From Nitrospirota bacterium (GTDB lineage: Bacteria; Nitrospirota; JACRHJ01), in contig CAWJRJ010000030.1 of assembly GCA_963845245.1 (NCBI GenBank), positions 1 to 64,000 on the forward strand: a stretch of DNA of 64,000 bases, given 5' to 3'. Positions within the stretch are counted from its first letter, which is position 1, and every line of letters starts with the position of its first letter. This document shows positions 47,967-59,625 of this stretch, piece after piece. The notes beneath the pieces were generated by a model. The model worked only from the letters and a program-made list of their open reading frames with translations. It did no database searches and was not told the origin of the DNA. The translations under genes and the position numbers were made by a program.

Positions 47967-49388
47967 CTATCTTGTAATGAATCGTTCGCCTTCATTTGAT
48001 AATGACATAAGTTCGTCCATTGAGCCAGCCTCGACGTACAGCCTAACGACAGGCTCGGTGCCAGACAGCCGCATCAGGAGCCAGCTTCCGTCCTCAAGAA
48101 TAAACTTGTGGCCGTCGATGGTCACGGTCTTTACAACTTTCAAATCCCCGAACTTCTCCGGACCCTGCTCTAGCTTCTTCTTCAGTTTTTCTTTAAGCTC
48201 TTCTGTAAGCGTAATGTTGACGCGGCGCGTGCGCACCTTACCGGTCTTCTCAAAGAGCCGGTCAAGCTGTTTCCTAAGGGGAATACCCTCTGCGCAGACC
48301 ATCTCGAGCGCGAGCAGGCAGGCGAGCACACCGTCCTTCTCGGGCACGTGGCCTTTAATCGTAAGCCCGGCACTCTCCTCGCCGCCGATGACGATCTTGT
48401 CCTCAGATATCAGCTCGCCGATGAACTTGAACCCGACCGGCGTCTCATAAACATCCCTGCCGTGAAGCTTCGCTACGCGGTCGATCAGGTGCGTAGTGGC
48501 AACGCTCCTCGCGACCCCGCCCTGAAGTCCTTTCACGCGGACAAGGTAATCGAAGGCGAGTGCGATAAGCTCGTTGGGCGTTATGAACTCACCGTCCGAA
48601 TCGATGATGCCGAACCTGTCGGCATCCCCATCCGTAGCAAGGCCTATCATATAATCGCCGTCGACTACCACCCTTGAAAGCTCTTCAAGGTACTCCTCTG
48701 CCGGCTCGGGGCGATGGCCGCCGAAATACGGGTCACGGTAATCGTGGAGCACCGTCACCTCTATGCCCGCACCTCTCAGTATATCATCCAGGTAGCCGCG
48801 GGCCGTGCCGTACATCGGGTCGATTGCCACCCTTGGGGACTTCTTTCCTATTACGGCAAAATCTATCTTTTTCTTTATATCTTCAAGGTAGGGTTTGACA
48901 ATGCTTATCTCTTCCAGCATCCCGCGATGCTTTGCCTCGGCAAGCGTGACGTCGTTTATTGCAGGCTTCGCCATCAGGGCGTTGGCCCTGTCCTCGATCT
49001 CTTTTGTAGTCTCAGGGAGCGCGGGCCCTCCCCAGTCTGGCGAGAACTTTATCCCGCTGTACTCTGGCGGGTTATGGCTTGCGGTGATGTTGACACCGCC
49101 GGCGGCATGTCGCCTTAGCACCTCAAGTGATATGGCTGGCGTCGGCACGTCCCTGTCGGAGAGGTACGCCTTGATGCCGTTCGCGGCCATTACTCTCGCA
49201 ACGCGCTCTGCAAAGAACTCGGACATGAACCTGGTGTCGTATCCGATGACTATACCCTGTCCTGCCTGCCCCTTTGCTTTTATATAATCTGCCATGGCCT
49301 GAGAGACTATACGTACGTTTTCAACCGTAAAACCTTCAGAGATGATGTCACGCCATCCTGAAGTACCGAACTTAATATTTCCGCCCAT
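47967..49388 (-). CDS. phosphoglucomutase/phosphomannomutase
   Basis: FGTSGWR, TASHNP, DGDADR, GEESAG, RLSGTEP. Confidence 0.93.
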   Translation of the reverse strand: MGGNIKFGTSGWRDIISEGFTVENVRIVSQAMADYIKAKGQAGQGIVIGYDTRFMSEFFAERVARVMAANGIKAYLSDRDVPTPAISLEVLRRHAAGGVNITASHNPPEYSGIKFSPDWGGPALPETTKEIEDRANALMAKPAINDVTLAEAKHRGMLEEISIVKPYLEDIKKKIDFAVIGKKSPRVAIDPMYGTARGYLDDILRGAGIEVTVLHDYRDPYFGGHRPEPAEEYLEELSRVVVDGDYMIGLATDGDADRFGIIDSDGEFITPNELIALAFDYLVRVKGLQGGVARSVATTHLIDRVAKLHGRDVYETPVGFKFIGELISEDKIVIGGEESAGLTIKGHVPEKDGVLACLLALEMVCAEGIPLRKQLDRLFEKTGKVRTRRVNITLTEELKEKLKKKLEQGPEKFGDLKVVKTVTIDGHKFILEDGSWLLMRLSGTEPVVRLYVEAGSMDELMSLSNEGERFITR

Positions 49389-49473
49389 TGGGAAGCGCCC
49401 CCTTGGAATAAATAACATCTTGACTTCATTAAACTATTAGCACAAAACAGACCTTAAGGCAACCCTAAAAAGC

Positions 49474-49502
49474 AAAAGGCCCCGCATTTGATGCGGGGCC
49501 TT
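49474..49502 (-). terminator. intrinsic terminator of lpdA
   Basis: AAGGCCCCGCAT-ttg-ATGCGGGGCCTT 12-bp stem followed by U tract on the minus strand. Confidence 0.75.
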
Positions 49503-49515
49503 GGTAAAACAGTTG

Positions 49516-50931
49516 TTATTTGCCCGTTGCAGGCGGCACATGTATAGCCATGCCGTGCACGTCTTCCATCGCCTCCATGACGGACTCGGCGAGTGTCGGG
49601 TGCGAGTGTATCATCTCCGCGACCTGCTTCGATGTCGCGCCCATCGCCATCGCCACAGCCGCCTCGTGTATGAAGTCGGTGGAGTGCGCGCCCATTATAT
49701 GCACGCCGAGGATCTTGTCCGTCTCGGCGTCGGCAATCACCTTCACCATGCCGGCCAGCTCGTTCATGGCCTGCGCCTTGCCGAGGCCCCTCATCGCAAA
49801 ACGGCCTATCTTGATCTTTATGCCCTTGTCGTTGGCCTCGTGCTCACGAAGGCCCACGCTGCCTATCTCCGGGAGAGTGAAGATGCCCGCCGGTATGACC
49901 CGGTAGTCCATCTTCTTCACGTTTCCGTGCATTATATTCTCTACCGCGCAGAGGCCTTCGGCGGATGCAAGGTGCGCAAGCATTATGCCGCCCACGCAGT
50001 CGCCTATGGCGTAGATGCCCGGCTCCTCGGTCTCCATGTACTCGTTAACGAGTATCTCGCCGCGCTTGCCCATCTTCACGGCCGTATTCTCGATGCCGAT
50101 GCCCTTGGTGTTGAGCGCGCGGCCGATGGACACGAGCACCTGGTCGGAAACGACCGTCGCGCCGCCCTCCATGTAGGACGTAACGGTACCGTCGTCGTTG
50201 ACCGTGACCTTCTCTATCTTTGCGTTCAGTATGAGCTTGATCTTTTTCTTCTTGAACTCGCGGGCCATCATCTCGGATATCTCGGGGTCCTCGGTGGAGA
50301 GGCACCTGGGCATCAGCTCCACCATCGTGACCTCTTCTGCGCCCATGCCCTTGAAGATGCATGCGAACTCGCTGCCTATCACGCCCGCACCGACGATGAG
50401 TATCCTCTTCGGCACTGCGCTGAAGCATATCGCGTCGTCGCTGGATATTATCTTCTCGTGGTCGAACGGGAAGGTCGGTATCTCGGCGGGCCTTGATCCG
50501 GTGGCGATTATTATCTTGTCCGCCGTGACCGTCTTCTTGCCGCTGCCGTCCTTGAGGGTGACCTCGATGTTTTTGCCGTCGACAAGCGCGCCCCTGCCCT
50601 CGATAAGCTCTATGCCGTGCATCTTGAAAAGGCCTCTGATGCCCTTGACAAGCGTGCTGATCACCTTGGACTGGCGGTCCATTATCTTCGGGATGTTCAG
50701 CTTTGCGCCGCCCTCCAGCTCGATGCCGAAGCTCGCCGCCTCTTTCACCTTCTCGTATACCTCGGTGGTCGCCACGAGCGTCTTGGTCGGTATGCAGCCG
50801 CGGTTGAGGCATGTGCCACCGACTTCTGCGTCTTCTATAACCGTGACCTTCGCCCCAAGCTGTGCGGCCCTTATCGCGGCGACGTACCCGCCAGGGCCCG
50901 CGCCGAGTATTGCAATCTTCGTCTCAGACAT
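49516..50931 (-). CDS. lpdA: dihydrolipoamide dehydrogenase
   Basis: GAGPGGYVAA, GGTCLNRGCIPTK, GAGVIG, HPTLAE. Confidence 0.95.
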   Translation of the reverse strand: MSETKIAILGAGPGGYVAAIRAAQLGAKVTVIEDAEVGGTCLNRGCIPTKTLVATTEVYEKVKEAASFGIELEGGAKLNIPKIMDRQSKVISTLVKGIRGLFKMHGIELIEGRGALVDGKNIEVTLKDGSGKKTVTADKIIIATGSRPAEIPTFPFDHEKIISSDDAICFSAVPKRILIVGAGVIGSEFACIFKGMGAEEVTMVELMPRCLSTEDPEISEMMAREFKKKKIKLILNAKIEKVTVNDDGTVTSYMEGGATVVSDQVLVSIGRALNTKGIGIENTAVKMGKRGEILVNEYMETEEPGIYAIGDCVGGIMLAHLASAEGLCAVENIMHGNVKKMDYRVIPAGIFTLPEIGSVGLREHEANDKGIKIKIGRFAMRGLGKAQAMNELAGMVKVIADAETDKILGVHIMGAHSTDFIHEAAVAMAMGATSKQVAEMIHSHPTLAESVMEAMEDVHGMAIHVPPATGK

Positions 50932-51016
50932 TACAAAACACCTCCGGATAAAATCAAGGGGAGCATGTAGCTCCCCTTCTACTTGAACATGGATGAAGCA
51001 TCAAACATGCGATATA

Positions 51017-51400
51017 TTACTTGTTCTCTTCCACGAACTTCGTGTACTCCGCCGAGTCCATCAGGCCTGAGAGCTCGGATGAGTTGTCCATCTCCACGAC
51101 GACTATCCAGCCCTTGCCGTACGCGTCCTCGTTTATCGTCTCGGGTGTGTCCTCAAGCTCCGAGTTCACCTTTACGATGGTTCCGGTTACCGGGCTGATG
51201 ACGGTAGACGTGGCCTTCGTGGACTCTATCTCGCCTATCTCGCCGTCGGCCTCCACCTGCGCGTCCGCCTCAGGCAGGTCCATGTAGACGATGTCGCCAA
51301 GGGACTCCTGCGCATAGTCGGTGATGCCGATGGTCGCCCTGTTTCCGTCCACCTTCACCCAGGAATGTTCTTTATGGTACTTCAGGTCTGTTGGGTTCAT
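51017..51400 (-). CDS. gcvH: glycine cleavage H protein (lipoyl carrier)
   Basis: YHKEHSW, GITDYAQ..LGDI, ESTKA, YGKGW. Confidence 0.95.
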   Translation of the reverse strand: MNPTDLKYHKEHSWVKVDGNRATIGITDYAQESLGDIVYMDLPEADAQVEADGEIGEIESTKATSTVISPVTGTIVKVNSELEDTPETINEDAYGKGWIVVVEMDNSSELSGLMDSAEYTKFVEENK

Positions 51401-51479
51401 TTGTTTTCCTCCATGTCGTAAGCTTTATATTTAATTGAAATAATAGTCCGGCAATGATAGCCTATGCCGTTTTTCTTTG

Positions 51480-52181
51480 TCAAGCCAAAAAGAAGCCTGC
51501 ATCCGCCAATATTCTGCCAAGCAAAAGTGCATTTTTCGGACGGCTTTTGCCTCCCGGCGCATATGGCAAGCTGAAAACCCTCTTCGTGCCGCCAAGCTCC
51601 TTTAAAACCAAAGGGTTTGTCTCAAACGCGGCCCCGGCCTCCGGCCTCGCCTGAGTCAGTATTATACCAGAGATTTCAATCCCGCGCTCCCTTGCGGCGT
51701 TCAAGGTCAGGAGCGTGTGGTTTATCGTCCCCAGGCCCGCCCTGCCCACTATCACCAGAGGCAGCCCAAGCTCGGCCGCGAGGTCAAGGAACAGGTATTT
51801 CCCCGACAGCGGGACCATCAGCCCGCCCGCGCCTTCCACGATGACGGCGTCGTGGCTTTCGGCTATCGCCTTGAACTTCTTCTTGATGAGTTCGACATTG
51901 ATTTTCTTCCCGGCCCTTTTCGCGGCGACGGCAGGGGCAAGCGGTTCTGCAAAGCGGTAGGGGCATATCGTGTCGAGCGGGTCGGTCGAGCCGGATATCT
52001 TTTTCAGGTACACGGCATCGACAGGGTAAAGCTCGCCGTCCTTCTCGCGGCATCCGGTCTCGGCGGGCTTCATCACGCCCACACTCAAGCCCTGCGAACG
52101 CAGGTACGCAGCTATCGCGCCCGCGACTACTGTCTTGCCTACGCCGGTGTCGGTGCCGGTGATAAATAATTTATTTAACAC
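51480..52181 (-). CDS. bioD: dethiobiotin synthetase (probable GTG start at 52181)
   Basis: FITGTDTGVGKT, KPAETG, VEGAGG, LGTINHTLL. Confidence 0.93.
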   Translation of the reverse strand: MLNKLFITGTDTGVGKTVVAGAIAAYLRSQGLSVGVMKPAETGCREKDGELYPVDAVYLKKISGSTDPLDTICPYRFAEPLAPAVAAKRAGKKINVELIKKKFKAIAESHDAVIVEGAGGLMVPLSGKYLFLDLAAELGLPLVIVGRAGLGTINHTLLTLNAARERGIEISGIILTQARPEAGAAFETNPLVLKELGGTKRVFSLPYAPGGKSRPKNALLLGRILADAGFFLA

Positions 52182-52650
52182 TTTTGATAATTGAAGACTG
52201 GTTGGCGAATTCGTCCATTTCCTGTAATGCTTTTTTTGCTTCCTCTTCAATTTTCAAACAAATTGACGACGGCACAGATTTTGGACAATTATTTGTAGAA
52301 TTATTTATTATCATCTCAAGGTCTTTGTCATCCGTTGTTGCATCTATATGACGAGTCACGAATTCGAAGAATTTTTCATCTTTCTTGGCAAGCTTCACAA
52401 ACACTTGTAATTGGTCCCAATGATTAGCAAACATCTTTGCAACAGAATCTGAAATTCCTTCGGCAACATACCCATCATCAAACTGTTTATATTTTTTATA
52501 GAAATTATAAACATCATCCCAACTATTAATTGATGACATTGCTTTGTCTGCTTGATCTTCATCAGTTACGTTGTTTTGACTACCCTCAATTGACCACGCA
52601 ATGGAAGAAATAGATGTCATTAAAAATATGAAAATTATTAGCGTTTTCAT
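52171..52650 (-). CDS. hypothetical exported protein (AT-rich)
   Basis: 159 aa, signal-peptide-like N-terminus, GAGG RBS, low GC; DDG..AEG.S...HIDAT...CP...C. Confidence 0.72.
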   Translation of the reverse strand: MKTLIIFIFLMTSISSIAWSIEGSQNNVTDEDQADKAMSSINSWDDVYNFYKKYKQFDDGYVAEGISDSVAKMFANHWDQLQVFVKLAKKDEKFFEFVTRHIDATTDDKDLEMIINNSTNNCPKSVPSSICLKIEEEAKKALQEMDEFANQSSIIKSVK

Positions 52651-52669
52651 TAAATCAAACCTCTATGGT

Positions 52670-52732
52670 CTATTCACCAAGATACGCCTTCTTGACCTGC
52701 TCATTCTCAAGAAGCTCATGCGCCGGGCCTTC
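52670..52732 (-). repeat. 63-bp duplicate of the livF 3' end (orphan copy)
   Basis: 59/63 identical to 53413..53475 and encodes the same EGPAHELLENEQVKKAYLGE*. Confidence 0.92.
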
Positions 52733-53087
52733 AATAAGATATACCCAACGCCGCTGATGCTTCGGCGAGTCTTTTATCGAGGGTCCACAACGGAATATCC
52801 GTCAGCTTTGCCGATGCAAGCAGATGCATATCAACGTACCCCAACCCTTTTGCCATCAGGCGGTGATTTTCTATGAACCGCATCAACTCTTCATGCTCAA
52901 CTGATGTCGCCATTGGGAGCGCCTGCAGGAGAGAAAGAATCTCCGCCCTGTTCGTGAGGTTGCCACATGCCAGTTCACCTACGATGAACGGATGACAGGC
53001 AACATACGATTCATTCAGTAAGGTCTCAAGTCCGACGTCGCCGGAACGCAGATGCGTTATCCATACGGAGGTATCGACAATAACCAT
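52731..53087 (-). CDS. vapC: VapC PIN-domain toxin
   Basis: IVDTSVW, GELACG, GYVDMHLLASA, WTLDKRL acidic PIN residues. Confidence 0.92.
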   Translation of the reverse strand: MVIVDTSVWITHLRSGDVGLETLLNESYVACHPFIVGELACGNLTNRAEILSLLQALPMATSVEHEELMRFIENHRLMAKGLGYVDMHLLASAKLTDIPLWTLDKRLAEASAALGISY

Positions 53088-53285
53088 TTAGGCCCCAGCC
53101 TGTCTTCTGCGGGGAATGTTCTCCAGTTTCTTTTCCGTTCCCCCGAGTTTGGCGAGCCTCCTGGCGCTTTCTCTGGCTATAAGCGCTTCGAGCCCAAGCC
53201 TTACAAGAGAGGTCTTTTCATTGACACCGGTCAACTTTGCAGCCTTGTCAAGCAATGCGTCTTCGATGTTAAGTGTAGTCTTCAT
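53088..53285 (-). CDS. vapB: VapB antitoxin (RHH-type)
   Basis: MKTTLNIEDALL...KTSLVRLGLEALI; abuts vapC. Confidence 0.9.
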   Translation of the reverse strand: MKTTLNIEDALLDKAAKLTGVNEKTSLVRLGLEALIARESARRLAKLGGTEKKLENIPRRRQAGA

Positions 53286-53308
53286 GATGTTTCTCCACGT
53301 TTATTGAT

Positions 53309-53345
53309 ATGTATAAGTATGTACGAATTATATGTATGCTGTCAA
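53309..53345 (-). promoter_or_regulatory. vapBC promoter with repeated operator-like motifs
   Basis: TTGACA at 53345-53340 followed by three ATGTAY direct repeats across the spacer/-10 region. Confidence 0.5.
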
Positions 53346-53412
53346 GGATAAAAACGGACGCTGGAGATGGGACACGGTGTACGTTTCCAGAGAAAACGAA
53401 CAACTGTGCGGG

Positions 53413-54109
<697 letters not shown>

Positions 54110-54117
<8 letters not shown>

Positions 54118-54886
54118 GGGCCGCCTCTTTGCCCAGGTAGGCCTCTATCACCCTCGGGTCCTTCTGTATCTCGTCCGGGATGCCCTCTGCAATCTTGACT
54201 CCGTGGTCCAAGACGACCACCCGGTCTGATATACCCATGACCACTTTCATGTCATGCTCGATAAGCAGGACTGCAATGCCTTTTTCGCGGATCGCGGTGA
54301 TGAGTTTTATCAGCGACGCGCCCTCGCTGGGGTTCATCCCGGCGGCTGGTTCATCGAGCAGCAGGACCTTTGGCTCGGCCGCAAGCGCACGCGCTATCTC
54401 AAGCCGCCTCTGGTGGCCATATGGGAGGTTCACCGCCCACTCTTCCTTGACTTCCCGCAGGCCGACAAAGCTCAGTATCTCGTCCGCCTTCTCGCGCATC
54501 ATGCGTTCTTCTTCCTTCACGGCCTTGGACCTGAGAACCGCGCCGACGACACCGGCCTTCGTCCTGCAATGGCGCCCGACTAGCACGTTCTCGAATGCGG
54601 TCATGCCACCGAACAGCCTGATGTTCTGGAAGGTGCGGGCCATGCCGAGCTTCGTGATGTCGTGCGGTGCTATGCCGGTGACGGTTTCACCGGAGAACAC
54701 GACTTCACCGCTGGTGGGTACGGTCACTCCGGTTATGCAGTTGAAAAGGGTGGTCTTGCCCGCGCCGTTCGGGCCTATCAGCCCGACGATCTCGGACTTC
54801 CCGACGCAGATGTGTATGTCTTCGAGTGCCCTTAGGCCGCCGAAGATCTTTGTGAGGCTGGTTACGGCTAGGAGGCAGTCGCTCAT
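54110..54886 (-). CDS. livG: branched-chain amino acid ABC transporter ATPase LivG
   Basis: GPNGAGKTT, RTFQNIRLF, LPYG, DEPAAGMN, IEHDM, VIEAYLG. Confidence 0.93.
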
Positions 54887-55554
54887 TTCTCTATCGGCGG
54901 GTTGATCATAAAACTCTCAGGATCACCGGCATAATCCTTTATCGTCACCCTTCGACCAGACACATCAAGCCTGCCCTCGCAGAACAGCCTTACGGCCTCC
55001 GGGTATATCTGGTGCTCACGTTTCAGTATCCGCGTGGCGAGCGCGTCCTCGGTGTCGTCGGGCAATATCGGGACTACTGCCTGGATTATTATCGGCCCTG
55101 TATCCATGCCGCCGTCCACGAAATGCACTGTGCACCCAGAGAAGCGCGCACCGTGGTCGATGGCCTTCTTCTGCACATGCAGGCCAGGGAAGGACGGCAG
55201 GAGCGCCGGATGGATGTTTATCATCCTGTTCTCGTATGCCTCTACGAGCACGATGCTCACGATCCTCATGTAGCCCGCGAGGAGGACGAGATTTACATTA
55301 TGCTCGCGGAGCTTCTCAAGTACAGACGCATCATAGTCCTCGCGCCTTTTGTTTGGTTTGTGCTCAATAATTACGGCAGGTATATTGTGCTTCTTTGCGC
55401 GCTCAAGGGCATAGGCTTTTTTGTTGTCGCTGATGACTACCGCGATTTCGGCCTTGATTTTTCCGGCCTCGACCGCGTCGATTATCGCCTGGAGGTTGGA
55501 GCCGCTCCCGGAGGCGAGCACGCCGATGCGTATCTTCTTCGAAGTCTTAGCCAA
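54883..55554 (-). CDS. purN: phosphoribosylglycinamide formyltransferase
   Basis: [37 protein letters not shown]. Confidence 0.96.
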   Translation of the reverse strand: MAKTSKKIRIGVLASGSGSNLQAIIDAVEAGKIKAEIAVVISDNKKAYALERAKKHNIPAVIIEHKPNKRREDYDASVLEKLREHNVNLVLLAGYMRIVSIVLVEAYENRMINIHPALLPSFPGLHVQKKAIDHGARFSGCTVHFVDGGMDTGPIIIQAVVPILPDDTEDALATRILKREHQIYPEAVRLFCEGRLDVSGRRVTIKDYAGDPESFMINPPIEK

Positions 55555-56575
55555 CGTACTCGACCCCTTTGTCGCCATTGATCACCTCTCCGATAACGGT
55601 GGCCTTTTCGCCGAAGCCTGTCGCGGCCTTAAGGAACCTCTCACGGTCTTCGGCTGAGATTACGGCTATCATGCCTATCCCCATGTTGAAGTCGCGGAGC
55701 ATCTCGGCTTCATCAATATTTGCCTTCTCCTGCATCAGCCTGAAGACCGGCAGGATGTCCCAGCTACCCTTTGTTATATTTGCGCGACAGCCATCCGGGA
55801 ACACCCTCGGAAGGTTTTCTGTTATCCCTCCGCCCGTGATGTGGGCAAGGCCTTTTATCTTGAAATCTTTCAGAAGCCCTAGGACTGTCTTAACATAAAT
55901 CCTTGTCGGAGTCAGAAGCTCGTCGGCAACAGTCTTGCCAAGCTCCGGGACGTTGTCGTTTATCTTAAGCCCCAGGGCCTCGAAGAACACCTTTCTCGCG
56001 AGGGAGTATCCGTTTGAATGGAGCCCTGACGACCCGAACCCGACCAGCACGTCGCCCGCCTTGATGGTGCTGCCGTCTATTATATCAGCCCTGTCAACCG
56101 CGCCCACGGCAAAGCCCGCAAGGTCGTATTCACCCGGCGGGTAGAAGCCTGGCATCTCCGCCGTCTCCCCGCCGATGAGCGCGCAGCCCGACTGCCTGCA
56201 GCCCTCCGCAATACCTGCGACCACTGCCGCCTGCCTGTCCGGGTCGAGCTTGCCGGTAGCAAAGTAATCCAGGAAGAAGAGCGGCTCCGCACCGGTAACA
56301 ATAATGTCATTGACTGACATGGCGACCAGGTCGATGCCTACGGTGTCGTGCCTGTCGGCCATGAAGGCGACCTTAAGCTTCGTGCCCACGCCGTCCGTGC
56401 CCGAGACAAGCACCGGGTCCTTGTAGCTCCCCAGCTTGAACAGCCCGCCGAAGCCGCCTATGTCCGTTAGCACCTCCGGCCTGAAGGTACTCTTTACGAG
56501 CGGCTTTATCTTCTCCACAAACCTGTTCCCGGCATCGATGTCAACCCCGGCGGCCTTGTAAGTCATCTTATCCAT
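55547..56575 (-). CDS. purM: AIR synthase
   Basis: [38 protein letters not shown]. Confidence 0.97.
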   Translation of the reverse strand: MDKMTYKAAGVDIDAGNRFVEKIKPLVKSTFRPEVLTDIGGFGGLFKLGSYKDPVLVSGTDGVGTKLKVAFMADRHDTVGIDLVAMSVNDIIVTGAEPLFFLDYFATGKLDPDRQAAVVAGIAEGCRQSGCALIGGETAEMPGFYPPGEYDLAGFAVGAVDRADIIDGSTIKAGDVLVGFGSSGLHSNGYSLARKVFFEALGLKINDNVPELGKTVADELLTPTRIYVKTVLGLLKDFKIKGLAHITGGGITENLPRVFPDGCRANITKGSWDILPVFRLMQEKANIDEAEMLRDFNMGIGMIAVISAEDRERFLKAATGFGEKATVIGEVINGDKGVEYVG

Positions 56576-56605
56576 TTATATTTTTATTCTCCTGAATAAT
56601 CAAAT

Positions 56606-57589
56606 TTATGCCGCAACCATGACAAGCCCGCCCGATTGCACTGCTTCCGCAGGCCGTATCGTTATCTCTTTTTTCAAGGCCCTGAACTTTTCTATATTAT
56701 AGCTTTTAATCCCTTTGTACACCGAAAGCTCCCTGGGGTTCACAAGGAACTCCACTTTTTCGGTGCGTGGTGCCCCTTCTATTGCCTCGGACATGCGCTC
56801 GAAGGCAATCTCAGACTCCACAAGATGCCCGAACGAAGGGTGATACGGCCCTGCAAGGACGGCCTCTTCAAGTTCCCTCGACGGCTGGAGGCCGAGCCTG
56901 ATAACTTTTATCCCTGCGGCACGAAACATCTTCACTGCGGAAGCGCACTGTGTCACGGCATCCTCTAGCGAGAGCGGCTCGTATCCGCCGCGCCTCCAGA
57001 GCGCCTCAAGTGGCGCACCCTTCACCACAAGCGTAGGGTATATCCGCACGAACGCGGGTGCAGCTTCAATAACTCGCGTTACGGTGGAAATGAATTTATC
57101 TACATTGTCGCCCGGGAGCCCTGCCATAACCTGTATGCCAAGCTCAAGCCCGCTCTCTTTGACAAGGGCGGCGGCACGTAGGGATTCTTCATAAGTATGT
57201 CCCCTGCCGGAGAGCCTGAGGACGTCCGCATCCAGCGACTGTACCCCAAGTTCCACCGTCTTTACACCATGAGACTTTATCAGACTCAAAATGTCTTCGT
57301 CAATATAGTCAGGCCTGGTCGATACCCTGATGCCAGATACCTGTCCGTTTTTTATAAACGGCTCAACTGTATCAAGGTACTCCGTTTGCAGTTCCCTTGG
57401 AAGTCCTGTGAAGCTCCCACCATAGAAGGCAACTGTCACCCCGGACAAATCCCTGCCCAGATGCTGCGCAAGGTAATCTTTCACTTCAGCAGGAGATGGA
57501 GGCGTCTCGTTCCCGGTTATCCTGTTCTGGTTGCAGAAGGCGCACTGGTGAGGGCAACCCTGATGGGAAATGAATACTGGGATTATCAC
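56606..57589 (-). CDS. radical SAM protein (Elp3/YhcC-like core)
   Basis: CPHQCAFC motif, FYGGSFT, STRPD, ELGVQS, GPYHPSF; ATGA overlap with rnc. Confidence 0.88.
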   Translation of the reverse strand: MIIPVFISHQGCPHQCAFCNQNRITGNETPPSPAEVKDYLAQHLGRDLSGVTVAFYGGSFTGLPRELQTEYLDTVEPFIKNGQVSGIRVSTRPDYIDEDILSLIKSHGVKTVELGVQSLDADVLRLSGRGHTYEESLRAAALVKESGLELGIQVMAGLPGDNVDKFISTVTRVIEAAPAFVRIYPTLVVKGAPLEALWRRGGYEPLSLEDAVTQCASAVKMFRAAGIKVIRLGLQPSRELEEAVLAGPYHPSFGHLVESEIAFERMSEAIEGAPRTEKVEFLVNPRELSVYKGIKSYNIEKFRALKKEITIRPAEAVQSGGLVMVAA

Positions 57590-58296
57590 TGAGCCTCGCC
57601 CATCTGCCTCAGAGTCTCAAGCGCCACGCCTGCGGCCTTCTGTTCAGCTTCCTTCTTGCTCCTCCCAAGCCCGCGCCCAAGAGCGCGCCCATCAGCCTCT
57701 ATAGTCACCTCAAAGACCTTCTGGTGGTCAGGGCCAGTTTCACCTACAACAGTGTACCTTGGGAGAGAGCCGAACCGGCTCTGGCATTCCTCCTGGAGTT
57801 CGGTCTTGTAGTCGTACACATGGGATGTCGAGACCATGGCTTTAATCTCTTTCTCGAACCTGCCGATCAACATCCTGTAGGACTCTTCCAGCCCGCCGTC
57901 CAGGTATATTGCAGCAGTCACAGCCTCGAATGCGTTCGCAAGTAATGAGCTTTTGTCGCGTCCTCCGGTCTGTTCCTCGCCCTTCCCGAGCAGCAGGTAC
58001 GAGCCGAGGTCAAGCTCCCTCGCAGTGCGGGCAAGACTTATCTCGCTTACGATAACGGCCCTGAGCTTGGAAAGCTCGCCTTCAGGCCTCTCAGGGCATA
58101 TCTTCATCAGGTAATCGCTGATTATAAAGTCGAGGACTGTGTCGCCGAGGAACTCGAGACGCTCATTGTGGCCTAGGCTCCCAAGCCGGTTTTCGTTCGC
58201 GTACGATTTGTGGGTCAGGGCCTGGAGGAGGATAGTCTTTTTTGTGAAGGTGTATGCGAGCTTTTTTTCAAGTTCTTTGACTTTTTCATCAAGCAT
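57586..58296 (-). CDS. rnc: ribonuclease III
   Basis: ALTHKS, NERLEFLGD, DYKTELQE, GPDH, SKKEAEQ. Confidence 0.97.
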   Translation of the reverse strand: MLDEKVKELEKKLAYTFTKKTILLQALTHKSYANENRLGSLGHNERLEFLGDTVLDFIISDYLMKICPERPEGELSKLRAVIVSEISLARTARELDLGSYLLLGKGEEQTGGRDKSSLLANAFEAVTAAIYLDGGLEESYRMLIGRFEKEIKAMVSTSHVYDYKTELQEECQSRFGSLPRYTVVGETGPDHQKVFEVTIEADGRALGRGLGRSKKEAEQKAAGVALETLRQMGEAQ

Positions 58297-58308
58297 CGCA
58301 ATTTGAAT

Positions 58309-59553
58309 TTATCCTGTGAATTTTTTAAATAACAGGCAACCGTTGGTCCCGCCGAAGCCAAACGAGTTTGACATCACCATGTTGACCTTGACATCTCTTG
58401 CCGTGTTCGGTACGTAGTCGAGGTCGCATTCCGGGTCCGGTTTTTCGTAATTTATCGTGGGCGGTACCTTGCCGTTTAAAATAGACATTACTGAAACGAC
58501 GGCCTCTACACCTCCGGCGGCGCCCAACAGATGGCCGGTCATCGACTTTGTCGAGCTGACTGGAATCTTGTAGGCATGCGCGCCTAAGACTTTCTTTATG
58601 GCCATAGTCTCATACTCGTCGTTGAACGTGGTGGAGGTACCGTGCGCATTGATGTAATCGACTTCTTCCGGCGCAACACCGCCATCGTTTAGCGCCATCT
58701 TAATGCACCTTGCCGCACCCTCGCCGTTAGGGGCAGGTGTGGACAGGTGGTATGCGTCTCCGGACAGGCCATAGCCACCTATCTCGGCCAGTATGTTCGC
58801 TCCACGCTTTTTTGCGAATTCCAACTCTTCCAGGACCATGACGCCGGACCCTTCACCCATGATGAAGCCGTCGCGGTCGAGGTCAAACGGACGGCTCGCC
58901 CTTTCAGGCTCGTCGTTACGCGTTGAAAGGGCCTTCATGGCATTGAACCCGCCTATGCCCATGCGGGTTATGCAGGCTTCCGTACCGCCGGCAATCATGA
59001 CGTCGGCATCGTCGCGTTGGATTATCTTGTAAGCGTCGCCCAGGTTATGTGTGCCAGTGGCGCATGCAGTCACCACAGCCGAGTTAGGGCCCTTCGCTCC
59101 ATACATTATTGATATCTGTCCAGATGCAAGGTTTATTATAAGCATCGGGATGAAAAACGGCGTGATTTTCTTTGGTCCGCGGTTTAGCATTATCTCGTGG
59201 TGCTTCTCCAGCGCAATGAGGCCGCCCATGCCGGAGCCGACCATGACGCCGACCCTTTCCGCGTTATCTTCCGTCACCTGAAGTCCAGACTGTTCCATCG
59301 CCATCTTCGCAGCCGCGACCGCGAAATGGATGAACCGGTCCATCTTCTTTATTTCCTTCGCCTCGATATAGTTGGCCGGGTCAAACCCCTTAACTTCGGC
59401 CGCGATCTTGGTGGTGAACTCGGTTGGATCAAACTGTGTTATCGGGCCGACCCCGCTTTTGCCCTCAAGCATAGCCTGCCAGGTCACATCTACCCCGATG
59501 CCGAGGGGTGTGACTGCGCCCATCCCGGTAATGACAACCCTTCTCTTTGACAA
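58309..59553 (-). CDS. fabF: beta-ketoacyl-ACP synthase II
   Basis: [41 protein letters not shown]. Confidence 0.97.
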   Translation of the reverse strand: MSKRRVVITGMGAVTPLGIGVDVTWQAMLEGKSGVGPITQFDPTEFTTKIAAEVKGFDPANYIEAKEIKKMDRFIHFAVAAAKMAMEQSGLQVTEDNAERVGVMVGSGMGGLIALEKHHEIMLNRGPKKITPFFIPMLIINLASGQISIMYGAKGPNSAVVTACATGTHNLGDAYKIIQRDDADVMIAGGTEACITRMGIGGFNAMKALSTRNDEPERASRPFDLDRDGFIMGEGSGVMVLEELEFAKKRGANILAEIGGYGLSGDAYHLSTPAPNGEGAARCIKMALNDGGVAPEEVDYINAHGTSTTFNDEYETMAIKKVLGAHAYKIPVSSTKSMTGHLLGAAGGVEAVVSVMSILNGKVPPTINYEKPDPECDLDYVPNTARDVKVNMVMSNSFGFGGTNGCLLFKKFTG

Positions 59554-59625
59554 ACGAAACCTCCGTGCTACAAACAAGGGGCCTGAACAAGGCCCCCGGA
59601 TACTCGTGCGTATTGCGTTACTGTT

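Noticed and set aside
49516..51400. gcvH-lpdA without gcvP/gcvT as a novel lipoate system
   Set aside because: Split gcv loci are common and the remaining genes may lie outside this window; no unusual partner gene is adjacent.
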